Of a stretch of 64,000 nt of DNA, positions 1 through 9,972 are shown in pieces (position 1 is the stretch's first letter; the number at the start of each line of letters is the position of its first letter). This stretch comes from a virus (taxonomy: Duplodnaviria; Caudoviricetes): positions 16,849 through 80,848 of the IMG/VR virus record IMGVR_UViG_2910822364_000002, one strand, 5' to 3'. A program made the translations under genes and the position numbers. The notes beneath the pieces are model-generated. The model did not search any database, had not been told where the DNA came from, and saw only the letters and a list, made by a program, of their open reading frames with translations.

Positions 1-82
1 CACCGAATACATTACAGGGCAGTACAGTGACGGGTGGGGTGAAGGATTTGAACAGAGGGATATCAAGGTAGATGGTGGAACG

Positions 83-412
83 ATGAATGTGCATTTTTGG
101 CATCCTAATATGGAACAGCCGAAAATGTATGAAAAGAAAACAGAGCAGATTCCGACAAAGCCTGAGAAACAACGTCCCAAGTTACAGCTCCTTGGACATG
201 ATGGGAATATTTTTTCCATTATGGGCGATGCCTCAACTCTTTTGAAAAAGAATAAACAGACAGCAGAAGCAAAAGAAATGCGTAAAAGGGTATTGGAAAG
301 TGGGGACTATTACAAAGCACTTTTGATTATCAGCGAATATGTAGAAACTGAGTTGAGTCCGCCGCCCAAAGAAAATAAAAAGACAAAGAAGAAAAATCAG
401 CCGGAACGCTGA
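83..412 (+). CDS. ICE hypothetical protein
   Basis: ORF in ICE operon with upstream purine-rich RBS-like sequence; ends KKKNQPER. Confidence 0.7.
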   Translation: MNVHFWHPNMEQPKMYEKKTEQIPTKPEKQRPKLQLLGHDGNIFSIMGDASTLLKKNKQTAEAKEMRKRVLESGDYYKALLIISEYVETELSPPPKENKKTKKKNQPER

Positions 413-423
413 GAAAAGAAAGG

Positions 424-1236
424 ATGATGCCTATGACAAATGGCCTGAGTTTGGAAGAACTTATGAAAGAGGGAACATACCCGGAGGAATATACTGAAGG
501 GGAAAACTGGAAAATATTACATGGAGATACATTAAAACTGGTCAAAGCATTCCAGCCGGGAATCTTTGATGCAGTTATTACCGATCCGCCGTATGCATCC
601 GGTGGAACAAAACAGAATGAAAGAAATCGTACTACAAATCAGAAATACAGCAGTATGAGTGCTGCCAATGCACTTCCGGATTTCGATGGGGATAACAAAG
701 ACCAGAGATCTTGGACGCACTGGATGGCTGAATGGCTCTATGATGTGCGGAAAGCCTGCAAGAAAGGTGCTCCGATCTGTCTGTTCATTGACTGGCGTCA
801 GTATCCATCGATTACCGATGCATTGCAGTGGGCAGGATGGATCTGGCGAGGAACAGCGGTGTGGGATAAGGGAAACTCCCGTCCACAGAAAGGCCGTTTC
901 CGCCAGCAGGCTGAATATATTGTGTGGGGCAGTAACGGACCGATGCCGATCAACCGTCCGGTATCTTGTCTGCCGGGCGTCTTCCGATATGGCAATCCGC
1001 AGAACCGGATTCATGTGACAGAGAAACCGTTGCAGCTTATGAAAGATGTTATCCAGATTTGTGAACCGAGAGGGCTGATCCTGGACCCGTTTGTCGGAGC
1101 AGGAACAACTGTCCTTGCAGCGGTTATGACAGGTTATCGTGCAGTGGGAATTGAGGTAACAGATGCCTACTACAAACTGGGAAGTGACAGAGTGAAAATT
1201 GCATTAGAAGCAGAGCAGAAAGAGGATGAAAAGTAG
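424..1236 (+). CDS. Orphan amino-DNA methyltransferase (N6/N4, beta-type motif order)
   Basis: DPPY catalytic motif precedes HVTEKP and DPFVGAGTT SAM-binding motif; no adjacent endonuclease. Confidence 0.9.
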   Translation: MMPMTNGLSLEELMKEGTYPEEYTEGENWKILHGDTLKLVKAFQPGIFDAVITDPPYASGGTKQNERNRTTNQKYSSMSAANALPDFDGDNKDQRSWTHWMAEWLYDVRKACKKGAPICLFIDWRQYPSITDALQWAGWIWRGTAVWDKGNSRPQKGRFRQQAEYIVWGSNGPMPINRPVSCLPGVFRYGNPQNRIHVTEKPLQLMKDVIQICEPRGLILDPFVGAGTTVLAAVMTGYRAVGIEVTDAYYKLGSDRVKIALEAEQKEDEK

Positions 1237-1240
1237 CCGG

Positions 1241-1299
1241 GATGTCCAATTGGACATCTTGTTTTTTATAGAGAAAATGAGTGGCATCCAACTGGATGC
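1241..1299. promoter_or_regulatory. Two related palindromes (GATGTCCAATTGGACATC; GCATCCAACTGGATGC)
   Basis: Perfect 18-bp palindrome 1241-1258 and 7-bp-arm inverted repeat 1284-1299 sharing TCCAAYTGGA; the first is followed by a T-run. Confidence 0.5.
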
Positions 1300-1308
1300 A
1301 GGAAGGAG

Positions 1309-1641
1309 ATGGAGCGTATGGAACAGGCGCTGGCTTATGTGTGCTGTTCAGCAGAAGAAAGCCGGGTAAAAGTGCAGAAATATTGCAGAAAAATCTATGA
1401 ACTTGGGTATGTACCAATCTGTCCGAGATTTGTATTCTCACCATTCTTGGAAGAGTCCGATGCAGAAGATATGCAGGGATATGGAAGAATGTCACATATC
1501 CTTTTGCGGAGATGCCGGATGGTAGTCGTATGTGGAAAAGAAGTGACAGGAACAATGAATACCGAAATCAGTATGGCAGACAGACTCCATATCATTTGTA
1601 CGACACTCGATGGACTGGTACAGATAAAAGAATCAAAATAA
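1309..1641 (+). CDS. Hypothetical protein (DUF4406-like small Rossmann-type fold)
   Basis: Pattern YVC..A...YC.......GY.PICP ... L..C..VVVCG...T..M..EI..A; strong RBS GGAAGGAG. Confidence 0.55.
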   Translation: MERMEQALAYVCCSAEESRVKVQKYCRKIYELGYVPICPRFVFSPFLEESDAEDMQGYGRMSHILLRRCRMVVVCGKEVTGTMNTEISMADRLHIICTTLDGLVQIKESK

Positions 1642-1650
1642 ATCAGAATC

Positions 1651-1738
1651 GAGTCAATCCAGTGCTACAGAAACTGGCGGTACTCGTATTGCAAGCATAG
1701 CGTTTGGATATCCAAACGCACTTTGGGGAGAACCCCAA
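1651..1738. other. Candidate origin of transfer (oriT)
   Basis: Upstream of mobC/relaxase: perfect 20-bp palindrome GCGTTTGGATATCCAAACGC (1700-1719), TTGGGG/CCCCAA inverted repeat (1723-1738), and GCTTGCAA on the minus strand resembling pC221-type nic. Confidence 0.5.
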
Positions 1739-1779
1739 TCCCCCAGACACAGACGGAAATGGAAAGGAAGGATCAAGTC

Positions 1780-1956
1780 ATGTTAAGAAACGGAGTAATA
1801 ATCGTAATCGCATTGATGAGCGGAGGATTTATAGGAGTGGTAGTGACCTGTTGCATGGTTGCAGCGAAAAAATCCGATGAGGATCTTGGCGGTATGATGA
1901 AAGAGGAAGAGAAAAAAGAAGGGACGGTGATGCAATGCGAAAACGAAACCATGTGA
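1780..1956 (+). CDS. Small single-TM protein (DUF3789-like)
   Basis: MLRNGVIIVIALMSGGFIGVVVTCCMVAAKKSDE; RBS GGAAGGA upstream of ATG 1780. Confidence 0.55.
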   Translation: MLRNGVIIVIALMSGGFIGVVVTCCMVAAKKSDEDLGGMMKEEEKKEGTVMQCENETM

Positions 1957-2243
1957 TCCCGGTACGGCTTAACGCAAGGGAAGTCAGGGAACTGAATGAG
2001 CAGGTCGAAAGAAGCGGTCTGAGCCGGGAAGAGTTTATGCGTTCGTTGATTTTAGGAGCACAGGTACATGCGAAACCCTGTGAGCATCACCCAGAATTGC
2101 TCCGAAAAATTGCAGGCTTATGCAACAATGCCAATCAGCTCGCCCATGTTGCCAATGCTTCTGGAATGGCAAGTGAGCAGAGCATTCAGGAAATGCTGCG
2201 TCTTACCAAAGAAACATGGCATCTGGTAAAGGAAGAGTGGTAA
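1935..2243 (+). CDS. mobC: Relaxosome accessory protein MobC (ribbon-helix-helix)
   Basis: N-terminal RHH (VRLNAREV...SGLSREEFMR) and NNANQLAHVAN motif; directly upstream of relaxase. Confidence 0.9.
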   Translation: MRKRNHVIPVRLNAREVRELNEQVERSGLSREEFMRSLILGAQVHAKPCEHHPELLRKIAGLCNNANQLAHVANASGMASEQSIQEMLRLTKETWHLVKEEW

Positions 2244-2249
2244 TGCCGG

Positions 2250-3539
2250 ATGGCTTATACAAGTGTTATCCCCGTCCACCGCCTGGACCGTTCTATCGAA
2301 TATGTGAAAGACAAAGAAAAGACCACACAGAAAGCAGACTCTCTGGAGGCTGCCATCGATTATGCAATGAATCGGACCAAGACAGAACAGGCGGTTTTTG
2401 AAGATACCATCGGATGTACCAATGAAAATGCGTATGAAGATATGGTGGCAACGAAAAGGAGATTCCATAAGATGGGCGGTGTAGAAGGATATCATCTGGT
2501 ACAGAGTTTTGCAGAAGGTGAAGTGACACCGGAACTGGCACATCTCATCGGGCAGGAACTGGCAGACCGGCTCTTAAAAGGACAATTTGAAGTAGTCATA
2601 ACGACACATCTTAATACCAGACACTATCATAATCATATTGTCTGGAATTCTGTAAGCATGGTGGATGGACATAAGTACCATAGTAATGCCAAGAGTTATT
2701 ATACGGAGATCCGCAAGATTTCCGATGACCTGTGCAGAAAATATGGTCTGTCTATCATTGAATCCAATCAGAAAAAATCAATCCCTTATGTACAGTGGAA
2801 AGCAGAACAGGAAGGAAAGCCGACATGGAGAACGGCGATCCGTTTGGATATCAGGGAATCGGTACAGGAAAGCTACTCCTGGTCACAATTCCTAAAAGAG
2901 ATGGAAAAGCGGGGATATACATGGAAACTGAACCGGAAATACATCTCTTTAAAAGCTCCGGGAATGGAACGGTATATCCGTCTGCGTTCTCTTGGAAAAA
3001 ACTATTCCGAAGAGGAAATACGTGGGCAGATACTACAGCCCAAGGTGAAACGAGTCTATCAAAAGGCAGTACAGATTCATCCCAAAAAGAAACTGACCGG
3101 GATTCAGGCACTGTATTATTCCTATTTATATCAAATGGGGGTACTGCCAAAAAGACCGAAAAGGAGTCCATACGCTGTCAGAGAGGATATCCGGAAACTG
3201 GACCGCAGGATTGAACAGATTGAATTTCTAATGAAACATGACATCATAACCAGAGAGCAGCTTGCCGCATACCGAGAGCCATTGCAAAAGCAGATTGCGG
3301 AACTTATGAAAGAACGCAGAAGATTGTATCGGAATGGGGGCAGGGAGACTGGGGAAGAACGATTGTCCGAAATCAATGAGGAATTGAAGCGACTCCGTAA
3401 GGAAGTTCGTATGACCGTTCAGATTGAGAAACATTCCTTGGAAATCGAAGCGAAACTTCAGAAAGCAGAAGAACAGAGCCAGAATGAAAAACGTGTGGAA
3501 GATAAAGAAAGAATGCAGAAGAGTCAGGAGGTGAGATAA
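2250..3539 (+). CDS. MOBP-family relaxase
   Basis: N-terminal Tyr, GYHLVQSF motif and HUH motif THLNTRHYHNHIVWN. Confidence 0.92.
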   Translation: MAYTSVIPVHRLDRSIEYVKDKEKTTQKADSLEAAIDYAMNRTKTEQAVFEDTIGCTNENAYEDMVATKRRFHKMGGVEGYHLVQSFAEGEVTPELAHLIGQELADRLLKGQFEVVITTHLNTRHYHNHIVWNSVSMVDGHKYHSNAKSYYTEIRKISDDLCRKYGLSIIESNQKKSIPYVQWKAEQEGKPTWRTAIRLDIRESVQESYSWSQFLKEMEKRGYTWKLNRKYISLKAPGMERYIRLRSLGKNYSEEEIRGQILQPKVKRVYQKAVQIHPKKKLTGIQALYYSYLYQMGVLPKRPKRSPYAVREDIRKLDRRIEQIEFLMKHDIITREQLAAYREPLQKQIAELMKERRRLYRNGGRETGEERLSEINEELKRLRKEVRMTVQIEKHSLEIEAKLQKAEEQSQNEKRVEDKERMQKSQEVR

Positions 3540-3541
3540 GT

Positions 3542-4348
3542 ATGAATTATGGAGCAGAACCGGCTGATCAGGTGGTGCGGTACAGTCTGGAAGGAATGGA
3601 ATACTCTTTGAAGATTACCGGAAATGTGGCAAAGCACGTGGCAATCTTTATTGCGGCCGCATTAAAGGATCAGAAAAAGACAAGAGGGAAAACAAGGCTT
3701 ACCAGAATGTTAAAGGAACAGCGCCCGATGAAATTTTTTACCGTTCCGGGTGACCGTTTAAAAGAATTTGCAAAAGAAGCCAAGGCGAGAGGTATCTTAT
3801 ATGTAGTTATCAAAGATAAGGTGAATCCGGACCAGACAGAAGTCATGGTATTTGCAGATGATGCAGCGAAGATGAACCGGGTATTAGACCGGATGAATTT
3901 GGATTTTGTAAAAGCAGAATCAGGCTCTATGGTTACGGAAGCAGTGGAAAAAGAGAATGCACCGGAAAAGGCAGAAAACCAGATGGAAAAAGAAACCGGG
4001 GAGAATGTACGGACAGAGACTGTTGTCCTGCCGGAAGGCAAGATAGAATTTGAACTGGACGATGCGGAAGAAATGTTCCAGATCGGGGATGAGGCTTTTC
4101 CGGAAGGAAATTTTACACAGGCGCAGGAGGGGGAAGAAAAGAATCCATCCGAACCTTTCTCGCGCAACAGAAATACTTCTTCCGGTCGGAAAACTAGCTG
4201 GGAAGAAAAGAATGAAAAACCATCTGTGCGGAAGGAACTCGGAGATATCCGCAAGGAACAGGAAGAGAAACGTAAACGTCCGGACAGACGGAAAAATGCC
4301 AGAGAGAGCCGGAAGAAACGTAAGAATATGAAAACGAAAGGCAGGTAA
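3542..4348 (+). CDS. PcfB/DUF3801 family conjugation protein
   Basis: GKTRLTRMLK and F.K.AK..GILY motifs; position between relaxase and coupling protein. Confidence 0.8.
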   Translation: MNYGAEPADQVVRYSLEGMEYSLKITGNVAKHVAIFIAAALKDQKKTRGKTRLTRMLKEQRPMKFFTVPGDRLKEFAKEAKARGILYVVIKDKVNPDQTEVMVFADDAAKMNRVLDRMNLDFVKAESGSMVTEAVEKENAPEKAENQMEKETGENVRTETVVLPEGKIEFELDDAEEMFQIGDEAFPEGNFTQAQEGEEKNPSEPFSRNRNTSSGRKTSWEEKNEKPSVRKELGDIRKEQEEKRKRPDRRKNARESRKKRKNMKTKGR

Positions 4349-5328
4349 TGTATATGGATTTAACAGATATGATTTCAGGTGGAACGGAAGAACAGCAGGT
4401 TCCAGAACAGAAGTTGACCAAGGAAGAATATGCAGCCAAGAAACAACAGGAAAGAGAAGAGGTATGGGCTGAAGTAGATTCACAGGCACAGGGAGTTTTT
4501 CAGGATGGAGAAAAACTGAAAGGCTTTCTGGATTTTATGGCAGAGTGTAATACCCAGAGAACACCGAATCTGCTTTTGATCTATGGACAGCATCCGGATT
4601 TTAAGGTGGTAAGGTCTTATGAACGATGGAGAGAAGAACACCGTTCAGTAAAAGCAGGGGAGCATGGCATTACTTATATGATTTCCACTGAATATGAAAA
4701 AGATGGAGAAATGCGGAGAGGGTATACGATCGGAAAAGGATTTGACATTAGCCAGATGACAGGGAAGCCATTGGAAGAACGCCCTCAGCGAAGTCTGACA
4801 GAACTGATAGGAACTGTCTTAAAAGACCAGTCGGTACGTGTGCAGATTGAGGATGATCTGCCAGACAAAGTGCAGGCTCAGTACAATCCGAGATACCGTA
4901 CCATTTATATCCGCAACGGAATGAGTGAAGTAACGACATTCCATGCACTGAACAGAGAACTGGCGTGTGTAGCGATGGATCAGCATACCGGAACCTACAG
5001 CCGACAGAAAGTCAGCGCACAGGCTTATTGTGCTGCCTATGTGATTGCAAAACGTTATGGTGTGGATGTCACCGGATTCAATCTGGAGTATATTGCACAG
5101 AGGAATGAATGCGGAAAGAAAGATCCGCAGGAACTGAGAGACTTTTTAAATGATGTCCGTCAGGCTTCCTACAGTATCCGAAACCATATCGAACGCAATT
5201 TTGGTGCAAAGGAACAGGAGTATGTAACCGATGAGTTCGCAATCGGAGACCCTGTAAAAACACCGGAAACCAAGGATGAAAAAGCATCTGGAAAAGAGAA
5301 AAAAGCAAAGAACCAGCCGGAACGATAA
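4348..5328 (+). CDS. ArdC-like ssDNA-binding/antirestriction protein
   Basis: N-terminal ArdC-like segment (NLLLIYGQ...SYERW....VKAGEHGI) and degenerate metallopeptidase-like C-half (FHALNRELA). Confidence 0.6.
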   Translation: MYMDLTDMISGGTEEQQVPEQKLTKEEYAAKKQQEREEVWAEVDSQAQGVFQDGEKLKGFLDFMAECNTQRTPNLLLIYGQHPDFKVVRSYERWREEHRSVKAGEHGITYMISTEYEKDGEMRRGYTIGKGFDISQMTGKPLEERPQRSLTELIGTVLKDQSVRVQIEDDLPDKVQAQYNPRYRTIYIRNGMSEVTTFHALNRELACVAMDQHTGTYSRQKVSAQAYCAAYVIAKRYGVDVTGFNLEYIAQRNECGKKDPQELRDFLNDVRQASYSIRNHIERNFGAKEQEYVTDEFAIGDPVKTPETKDEKASGKEKKAKNQPER

Positions 5329-5369
5329 AAGTTGGACGGTTGGAGTAGCTATTACGGAGGTCTTGTGAT

Positions 5370-5714
5370 ATGGTTGGTGTAACAAAAAAGGAGGTCAGCC
5401 AGATGACAAAATACTATTTGAAGATGGATAATATTATGAAAAATATGTTCGTGGTGGCACTGAATGATGAGCTGCAGGCACAGAATGAGCAGGACGAATG
5501 TTTGGAAGAAACGAAAGCCCTTCTGAAAAAAGTAAGTGAATACGACCTCGCCCAGAAACGGCTGCAGATTACAGCCGGGGAGCAAAGGCAGATCCGTAAG
5601 GCACTGAACAGACTCAGAAGTAAATATCTTGCAGCCGGAAGATACAGTGATGGAATAGATAAAGTCATCCTTCAGGTTGCAAAACCGAATACCACCAGAC
5701 ACATGTTCTGGTAG
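5370..5714 (+). CDS. ICE hypothetical protein
   Basis: ORF in operon orientation. Confidence 0.6.
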   Translation: MVGVTKKEVSQMTKYYLKMDNIMKNMFVVALNDELQAQNEQDECLEETKALLKKVSEYDLAQKRLQITAGEQRQIRKALNRLRSKYLAAGRYSDGIDKVILQVAKPNTTRHMFW

Positions 5715-5730
5715 AGAAAGGAGTGGTTGA

Positions 5731-6009
5731 TTGGTCATTTATTCAAGAGAAAAAGTGGCACGACTTAGAGAACAGTATCCGGCAGGAACAAGAATCTGTC
5801 TGGATTCGATGGACGGAGAAGCGGGTATGCCGCAGGGACTGGAAGGAACTGTGCAGTATGTGGATGATGCAGGTCAGCTCGGCATCAGTTGGGACAACGG
5901 CAGAAGTCTCTCACTGATACCGGGAGTGGATTCCTTTCATAAGAAAGAAGGACAGGGACATCCAGAAGAAAAGCCACGAAAGAAAAGAGAATCTGACTTG
6001 CAGAGATAA
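5731..6009 (+). CDS. DUF4314 domain protein
   Basis: LREQYPAGTRI.L..M...GTV..VDDAGQL.ISWDNG.SLSLIPGVDSF signature. Confidence 0.8.
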   Translation: MVIYSREKVARLREQYPAGTRICLDSMDGEAGMPQGLEGTVQYVDDAGQLGISWDNGRSLSLIPGVDSFHKKEGQGHPEEKPRKKRESDLQR

Positions 6010-6026
6010 GTATAAAAAAGCAGGAC

Positions 6027-7757
6027 TTGGTTCTGTATCTTGTCTTTCTGCCATTTGTCTGGTGGGCGGCAGCGATTACCGCTTGTGCCATTGCACCGGA
6101 TAAGAATTTTATTCAAATCTTAGAAACGCTGAGCGAAAAACTCGAACAGCCGTTTTTTATCACGTATACACCGTATACGTTCAAATGTATTCTGATATTC
6201 ACAGCAGCCTATTTCTTAGGCATTGGTATTTATGAATCCCAAAAAAGAAATTATAGAAGAGGTGTGGAACATGGTTCCGCAAAATGGGGCAACGTGTCCG
6301 AAATCTGCAGACATTACTGCGAAAAACAGTATACGCAAAATTTGCTTTTAACACAGCATTTTCGTATGGGACTGGACGGTTATAAGCACAAACGAAATCT
6401 AAATGTGCTGGTAGTCGGAGGTTCAGGAGCAGGAAAGAGCCGGACGTATGCAATCCCAAACATCATGCAGTGCAACTGTTCGATGGTAATTACTGATCCC
6501 AAGGCAGAACTTTTGCGTAAAACCGGAGGTGTTCTGGAACGGAATGGATATGAAGTCCGGGTTTTTGATTTGATCAATCCGGAGACTTCCTGGTGTTATA
6601 ATCCGTTTGCGTATGTCCGGGATGATAAGGATGTACTGAAGCTGATCAATAACCTGATCCGCAACACAACACCGAAAGGAGCGCAGAGCTCAGACCCGTT
6701 TTGGGAGAAGTCTGAGACTGCACTTTTACAGGCACTTATGCTGTATTTATTGCATGAAGCTCCACCGGAAGAACAGAACTTCCCGATGATCATGGAAATG
6801 CTTGGAAGCGCACAGGTCAAAGAAGATGATGAGGATTACCAGTCCCCATTGGACATTTTGTTTGAAAGACTGGAAATGCGGGACCCGGAGAGTATTGCGG
6901 TCAAGCAGTATGCCATTTATAAGCAGGCAGCCGGAAAGACTGCAAAGTCTATTTTGATCTCGGTTGGTGTCCGTCTGGCAGCTTTTAACCTGAAACAGAT
7001 CGCCAATCTGACCTGTACAGACGAACTGGACTTATACAGTATCGGGGAGAAAAAAGTAGCACTGTTTTGCTGTATTCCGGATGCCGACACCAGCATGAAT
7101 TATCTGGTCGGCATGATTTACAGTAATCTGTTTCAGACACTGTATTATGTGGCAGACCGAAAGTACGGAGGAAGGCTTCCGATTCCGGTACACTGCATTA
7201 TGGATGAATGGCCAAACGTAGCCTTGCCGGATGATTTTGACAAGATTCTGGCAACCATGCGTTCCAGAGGGATTTCCTGCAGTATCATCATCCAGAACAT
7301 CGCACAGATGAAAGCCTTATTTAAAGACTCGTATGAGAGTCTGATCGGCAACTGCGATGAATTTTTATATCTGGGTGGAAATGAAAAAGAAGGACATAAG
7401 TATGTCTCGGAATTATTGGGAAAAGAGACATTGGATACCAATACCTACGGACAGACAAAAGGGCGTAGCGGCAGCTATTCGGTGAATTATCAGCAGACTG
7501 GAAGGGAACTTTTAACACCGGATGAAATACGGCTTTTAGATAACCGCAAAGCGATTTTGTTTATTCGTGGGGAGCGTCCGATTATGGACGATAAATATGA
7601 TTTAAAAAAGCATGTGAATTTCAGATACACAGAGGACGGTGGTGCATCGCCTTATGATTATGCGAAAACACCACTGGCTCACGACGACCTAAAGATTGAC
7701 ATTAACAGATTAGACGACTACGAACTGCTGTCTACCGAGGACATCCTTGGTGAATAG
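6027..7757 (+). CDS. virD4: Type IV coupling protein VirD4/TraG
   Basis: N-terminal TM segments, Walker A GGSGAGKS, Walker B MDEW, QNIAQ motif. Confidence 0.95.
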   Translation: MVLYLVFLPFVWWAAAITACAIAPDKNFIQILETLSEKLEQPFFITYTPYTFKCILIFTAAYFLGIGIYESQKRNYRRGVEHGSAKWGNVSEICRHYCEKQYTQNLLLTQHFRMGLDGYKHKRNLNVLVVGGSGAGKSRTYAIPNIMQCNCSMVITDPKAELLRKTGGVLERNGYEVRVFDLINPETSWCYNPFAYVRDDKDVLKLINNLIRNTTPKGAQSSDPFWEKSETALLQALMLYLLHEAPPEEQNFPMIMEMLGSAQVKEDDEDYQSPLDILFERLEMRDPESIAVKQYAIYKQAAGKTAKSILISVGVRLAAFNLKQIANLTCTDELDLYSIGEKKVALFCCIPDADTSMNYLVGMIYSNLFQTLYYVADRKYGGRLPIPVHCIMDEWPNVALPDDFDKILATMRSRGISCSIIIQNIAQMKALFKDSYESLIGNCDEFLYLGGNEKEGHKYVSELLGKETLDTNTYGQTKGRSGSYSVNYQQTGRELLTPDEIRLLDNRKAILFIRGERPIMDDKYDLKKHVNFRYTEDGGASPYDYAKTPLAHDDLKIDINRLDDYELLSTEDILGE

Positions 7758-7787
7758 CAGTTTTTTGATGGATTGGAGTGATGTGTA

Positions 7788-8162
7788 TTGAAGAAATTTC
7801 TCACAGGAGAAAAGAATAGAACAAAAAAGAATACAACTGAAAAAATGACAACCCCGATGCCGATGGAGAGAAAACAGAAAAAGTGGATGAGCCTTTATAT
7901 GGCGCTGGTACTGACCGTAACGGTTGGAGCAACGACCGCATTCGCAGCCGGTGATCCGTTGTCCGTTATCAATAACCTGTCTACTTTTATTTTTTCCCTG
8001 ATTCGTGCAATCGGTTTGATTTTGCTTGGATTTGGTGTTGTACAGGTTGGCCTGTCTTTAAAAAGCCATGATCCAAGCCAGAGAGCCAATGGATTCCTGA
8101 CACTGGCCGGAGGGGTCATCATTACGTTTGCTAAAGAAATCCTGGATCTGATTATGGCGTAA
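7788..8162 (+). CDS. VirB2-like pilin (Maff2 family)
   Basis: Signal-peptide-like TTAFAA followed by two hydrophobic helices and SLKSHDPSQRANG motif. Confidence 0.8.
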   Translation: MKKFLTGEKNRTKKNTTEKMTTPMPMERKQKKWMSLYMALVLTVTVGATTAFAAGDPLSVINNLSTFIFSLIRAIGLILLGFGVVQVGLSLKSHDPSQRANGFLTLAGGVIITFAKEILDLIMA

Positions 8163-8191
8163 GCCTCTTTGGAAAAGTATATCAGGAAACA

Positions 8192-8217
8192 GCAGGAGTG
8201 CCGGAAGGTACTCCTGC
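8192..8217 (+). terminator. Stem-loop after pilin gene
   Basis: GCAGGAGTGCC-GGAA-GGTACTCCTGC; no U-tract, so possibly a stabiliser rather than a terminator. Confidence 0.5.
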
Positions 8218-8249
8218 ATTCAAAAGTATGTTCAGGGAGGTGAAAGTTT

Positions 8250-9092
8250 TTGAGCGATAACTGGATTGTACAGAATCTAAACTCTGCGTTGTCTACATGG
8301 AGTGAAAAGATGGCAGAACTGTGGACTCTGCTTACTGAAAATCCGGCAACTTTTAAAGGCGGCGGCATCTGGCGGATTATGACCAATATCAATGATGCAC
8401 TGACAGCCATTGCCTATGGATTACTGGTGTTGTTTTTTGCAGCCGGAATCATTAAAACGTGTGGCAGTTTTACAGATCTGAAAAAGCCGGAACATGTATT
8501 GAAAGCATTTATCCGGTTTGCACTTGCTCAGGGAGCAATCACGTATGGAATGGAACTTATGCAGGCATTGTTTTCCATTGTGCAGGGAATCGTGACAACC
8601 GTAATGAGCGGCTCCAGTATGGCAGGAAGCGTGACAGAACTGCCAACGGAGATTGTAGATAAGATTGAGAGCGTGGGAATGCTGGAATCCATTCCGTTGT
8701 GGATTGTTACACTGCTTGGCAGTCTGCTGATCACTGTATTGTCATTTGTAATGATCCTGACAGTGTATGGCAGAATGTTCAAAATCTATATGTATACGGC
8801 AATCGCCCCGATTCCGATTTCCTCATTTGCAGGAGAACCCACGCAGTCCATTGGAAAGAACTTTATCCGTTCTTATGTAGGCGTATGTCTGGAAGGGGCA
8901 ATTATTGCACTGGCATGTATTATCTTTTCTGCTTATGCAGCAAGCCCTCCGGCTGTCGGAGATACGGAGTTGAGTGCAGTTACAATCGTGTGGAACTATG
9001 TCGGAGAACTGGTATTTAATTTACTGGTGCTGGTTGGAGCAATTAAGGCATCTGACCGTATTGTCAGAGAAATGATGGGACTTGGAGGTTAA
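8250..9092 (+). CDS. VirB6-like conjugation membrane protein
   Basis: Polytopic hydrophobic protein with GRMFKIYMYTAIAPIP motif, typical position after the pilin. Confidence 0.85.
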   Translation: MSDNWIVQNLNSALSTWSEKMAELWTLLTENPATFKGGGIWRIMTNINDALTAIAYGLLVLFFAAGIIKTCGSFTDLKKPEHVLKAFIRFALAQGAITYGMELMQALFSIVQGIVTTVMSGSSMAGSVTELPTEIVDKIESVGMLESIPLWIVTLLGSLLITVLSFVMILTVYGRMFKIYMYTAIAPIPISSFAGEPTQSIGKNFIRSYVGVCLEGAIIALACIIFSAYAASPPAVGDTELSAVTIVWNYVGELVFNLLVLVGAIKASDRIVREMMGLGG

Positions 9093-9096
9093 AAAT

Positions 9097-9528
9097 ATGG
9101 ATATAAAGAAAACATTAAGATATAACTGGGAATTTGGACGTGAGACAGTAGCAATACGAGTGAGCTCTTATCGGAACAATGGAAATTTATATGTAGGACT
9201 CTGCCATAAGGAAGGGAGAGAATGGGAAGATTTTGGAGATGTAACCATTAATCTGCCCTATCAGTTCTTAGAGCCAAATGAGGCTTTTATAACAGGAGAT
9301 TTTACCAAGGATATGCTTCATTTTATCAAGGAACATAAACTAGGAAAAGTGTTGAATGAAACAGGAAGATCAGGATATGCAACCTATCAGAAGGTAGCGT
9401 TTGATCTAGCAAGACTTGCGGAATTTGATCCGGAAGGCGTTGCAGAACACTGTAGATTTGCCGGGATAGAAGTACCGAAAGAAAAACCACAGAAAACGAA
9501 GAAACAAAGCAGAGGAAAGGAGCGATAA
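9097..9528 (+). CDS. DUF4313-like protein
   Basis: Y.NNGNLYVGL...E.FGDVTINL...G.SGY..Y pattern. Confidence 0.65.
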   Translation: MDIKKTLRYNWEFGRETVAIRVSSYRNNGNLYVGLCHKEGREWEDFGDVTINLPYQFLEPNEAFITGDFTKDMLHFIKEHKLGKVLNETGRSGYATYQKVAFDLARLAEFDPEGVAEHCRFAGIEVPKEKPQKTKKQSRGKER

Positions 9529-9531
9529 GTT

Positions 9532-9972
9532 ATGGAAGTCAAGATGAATAAAGAAATCCGGGACTATCAGGAATCCATGTTTATGGGACTGGACCTGAGA
9601 CAATGTGTGTGTTCTGTTCTTGCGATTCTTACAGCAATCGGAATTTACTTTGGAATGCGTGAAATTACCGGACAGGAAATAACCGGATGGCTGTGTGTGC
9701 TTGGTGCTACTCCATTTGCTGCCTGTGGCTTTTTCAAATATCATGGTATGACAGCCGAACAGTTTTTATGGGCAGTGATCAAATCCGAATTGCTGTATCC
9801 GAAGAAACTGGTGTTTCAGTCGGAAGATATCCACTACTCCTGCATGCAGGAGACCATCTCGCTGGGAGAAAAGAATCAAAAGGATGGAGCGGAAATCATA
9901 AAAGAGCGGGAGCAAAGAGCAGAAGCAAAACAGAGAAAGAAACGCAAGGGAAGGAGTGATGCCTTTGATTAA
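9532..9972 (+). CDS. prgI: PrgI family protein (VirB3-like)
   Basis: EIRDYQES.FMGL.LRQ motif, two TMs, immediately upstream of virB4. Confidence 0.88.
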   Translation: MEVKMNKEIRDYQESMFMGLDLRQCVCSVLAILTAIGIYFGMREITGQEITGWLCVLGATPFAACGFFKYHGMTAEQFLWAVIKSELLYPKKLVFQSEDIHYSCMQETISLGEKNQKDGAEIIKEREQRAEAKQRKKRKGRSDAFD

